From assembly GCA_965112155.1 (NCBI GenBank), contig OZ218105.1: a stretch of DNA of 64,000 nt; one strand, written 5' to 3'. Under the pieces are notes generated by a model. It searched no databases and was not told the DNA's origin. It worked only from the letters and a program-made list of their open reading frames with translations. This document shows positions 61,570-64,000 of this stretch, in pieces; within the stretch, counting starts at the first letter, position 1; the number at the start of each line of letters is the position of its first letter. Position numbers and translations under genes: made by a program. Source of the stretch: Podarcis liolepis. Taxonomy: Eukaryota.

Positions 61570-62670
61570 TTTTATTTTTATTTATAGAAGTATTTATATG
61601 CCGCCTATTACAGTCTGTCTCAAGGCAGTATGAAATTGCAGTAATATAAATAACATACAGCGGAGAACCCCAGAGGCACTGCATTACCGCCAATAATCCG
61701 GTTTAGAGGCTGCCAGTGTGTGGATGACAGTAGCTAGGCTATCCCAGTCTAGAAATGGTTACAGTTGAAGCTGGTAGAAGGCTCTCCTAGCCACCAGAGC
61801 CACTTAGGCTTCCAAGGACAAAGACGAATCAAGGAGCACTCCAGAACTGTTTACCTGCCGCGTTAGAGATAGGACAACCCATCTACAACAGACACATTAC
61901 CCAAATCACAGACCTGGGGACCACCCACCCATAGCAACGCTGTCTTGCCAGGATTCAATTTCAGTTTGGCCCTCATCCAGCCCATTACTGCATCCACTGG
62001 AGACACCATTTTAGGATGCACATGGCCTCATCTGATTCAGATGTACAGAAAAATACAACTGACACTGTGTTATTGACCAGCCTGTCAATCTCCTAATGAC
62101 CAATGGTGGCTGCTGCCCATTGGGACCAACAGTAGGTGATGCTAGACCAAATGACAGGCAGAGCCAGCTAATTCTAGTTTTATACCCTGCGTCTTCCCTG
62201 CAGAGTACTACAAGGACAGCACTCGAAGTTAAGAGGAGGAAGCCGACAGCCAGTGCCACACTCGACTGATTGTAAGAAGTCAGGCAGGGCAAGGCCAGTT
62301 TAGTGTCCGTGGGCAGAGGTACTCAGTATTGATACCAATCCTGTAGTAGTGGTTGAACCACTGCAACACAGTGCCCCTCTCATCTTGCAGAGCCCGCCCA
62401 GAGGATACCATGGGTGATTGCATAAAAGCTGCCGAGAGATCCAACAAGTGTTACGGGGTCACGCTCCCTGTCTCTCTCCCAGTAAAGGTCATCCACTGGT
62501 GGACCCCAGACCAAATTAGCTCCTAAACCAGACCTGAATCTAAATTAAGTCTAGAAAATCCATTTTTTTCTGCATGGGCTGTTGCCACCCTCTCAAGCAT
62601 CTTGTCCAGGAGAAATATTTGTGACCGAGCGGTAGTTACCCAAAAACTCAGGATCCAAGATGGGTTTTAA
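61570..62670 (-). mobile_element. L2 LINE, degenerate RT region plus AT-rich tail, internally deleted or interrupted
   Basis: Minus peptides LDP..GNYRSVTN..LDKMLERV, LLDLSAAF..HGIL, GTVLQWF and GWMRAKLKLNPGKT. Confidence 0.85.
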
Positions 62671-63049
62671 AGCAGAGGCCTGTGACCACATATTTCATGA
62701 TGATTGGCACTGCTCTTCATGCAGTCACATGATCACCACACCCTGGAACACTCCTGCCCCTGAAGAGTGGCTGACAAGTAGTCAGCAAGCACCTTGCTCA
62801 AATGCTTGGGCCCTCAAAACTAAAAATGATCCTGCAAGATCTGAACAGGTGGTGCAGTGGATTCCGCTTCAGGGCCTGTCACAACAATAGCATCCAAGTC
62901 ATGTTACGTTATTATGGGAAAGTGAGTCAAAAAGAGAAATGTGCAGAATGGATCTTAACTTCTTAGTATTACCACTATTTTGTTTGGCTGTAACATCATG
63001 AAGGTTTTTTTTTACATATATACTAAGAAAAGTGCCGAATACATTACCA

Positions 63050-63200
63050 TCTTAATTTACCTTCACAATTAACTGCAAAGTGGTTAATTTGAGTGACTTG
63101 CTGCAGGTCACTTGGCAAGCATTGTGGGAAAGCTGTGATTCTGAATCTGGGATTTTCTGTTCAGACGTTAATATCTTTTCCATAGCAGCACAACAGCTTT
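63050..63200 (-). mobile_element. Old MIR-like SINE
   Basis: ccttcacaattaactgcaaagtgg..gagtgacttgctgcaggtcac..gattctgaatctgggatt resembles the 19918 copy. Confidence 0.5.
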
Positions 63201-63539
63201 CTTTCTAATAGGATGAGGACAAATCATTTGCTCAGTTGTGGAATACAGAGATGATTGGGGTGGTTGACACAATTGCGTGTAAGTGTCTTTTGTTTCGACT
63301 GGCAGAATTTAGAAAGCTTCAGGATATCCCTTGGAGCTAAAAGCAATAAAGCAGAGGGAGAAAAAGCTTGCATGCAGATAGGGGGAAAACTACCAACCAA
63401 TGTAATCAAACACTGGTACATGCTCAAATTCAAGCCTACGATGAAGAAAATGTACTTCTCCACCTCCATTGCGTCCTTGGTTTGCCATCTAACTGAGCTG
63501 TTCAGGTGGCTAAAGATTGATTACATATTACCCCTAGGG

Positions 63540-64000
63540 AGGTGGTAAATCCTGTCCAGGAGTTTGAGGCTTCTCGTGGATCAATTTCTGTCAGCAGAGA
63601 CATATGTTGCCTCTGTGGTACAGACGGCCTTCCTACCAGCGTAAGCCAGTGGCCTCACTGTGACCCTATCTCAACAGGGCCAACTTGGCCACAGTAATCT
63701 GTGCCCTGGAAACCTCAGGGTTAGACCACGGCAATGCACTTTATGTGGGGCTGCCTTTGAAAACAGCCCAGAAGTTTCAGTTAGTGCATAAGGTGGTTGC
63801 CTGACTGTTGACAAGCTCAAGGCGAAGAGATCATATAGCATCATTTCTGCTGCCTGTATGCTTATGAGCCCAATTCAAAGTAATGGTTTGACCTATGAAA
63901 TTGTTTACGGATGCCATCAGGACAGAAATTCACCTGGAATTTCTGTCGTGATATGAACCTACTTGGAAACTTTGGTCTTCATCTGAGGCCCTTCTCCATG
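63540..64000 (+). mobile_element. L2 LINE ORF2 C-terminal fragment
   Basis: Peptide LATVICALETSGLDHGNALYVGLPLKTAQKFQLVH..RRDHI..AQFKVMV (cf. LVTSRLDYCNALYVGLP..LQLVQNAAAR). Confidence 0.85.

Noticed and set aside
23898-64000. Next ZNF407 exon (expected to continue the finger, roughly AFVMKKHL)
   Set aside because: I did not find a matching sequence with splice sites; it is probably beyond the window, though it could be hidden in an N-run.

Overview
Vertebrate (squamate, most likely lacertid lizard) genomic DNA covering the 5' part of the zinc-finger gene ZNF407 on the + strand. The window holds the giant first coding exon (about 8642-13404, ATG at 8709), a 10.4-kb intron, a 115-bp coding exon (23783-23897) and about 40 kb of the following long intron. 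I found no promoter/CpG island and no further coding exon. The rest is intron with squamate repeats: L2, CR1, Rex1/Babar and RTE-type LINE fragments, a Sauria SINE, tRNA-derived and MIR-like SINEs, hAT and Tc1/mariner MITEs, short palindromic elements and microsatellites. There are six N-runs. I see no prokaryote-type or clearly new gene system. Three observations stand out. (1) The N-runs sit in repeat-free, developmental-enhancer-like flanks and may be masked highly conserved elements rather than true gaps. (2) The big exon is built from about 7 repeats of a C2H2 + matrin-like di-finger module, with some fingers degenerate here. (3) There are clusters of PBX/MEIS and octamer motifs in the long intron. 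Repeat family names and human comparisons come from recall, not from searches.
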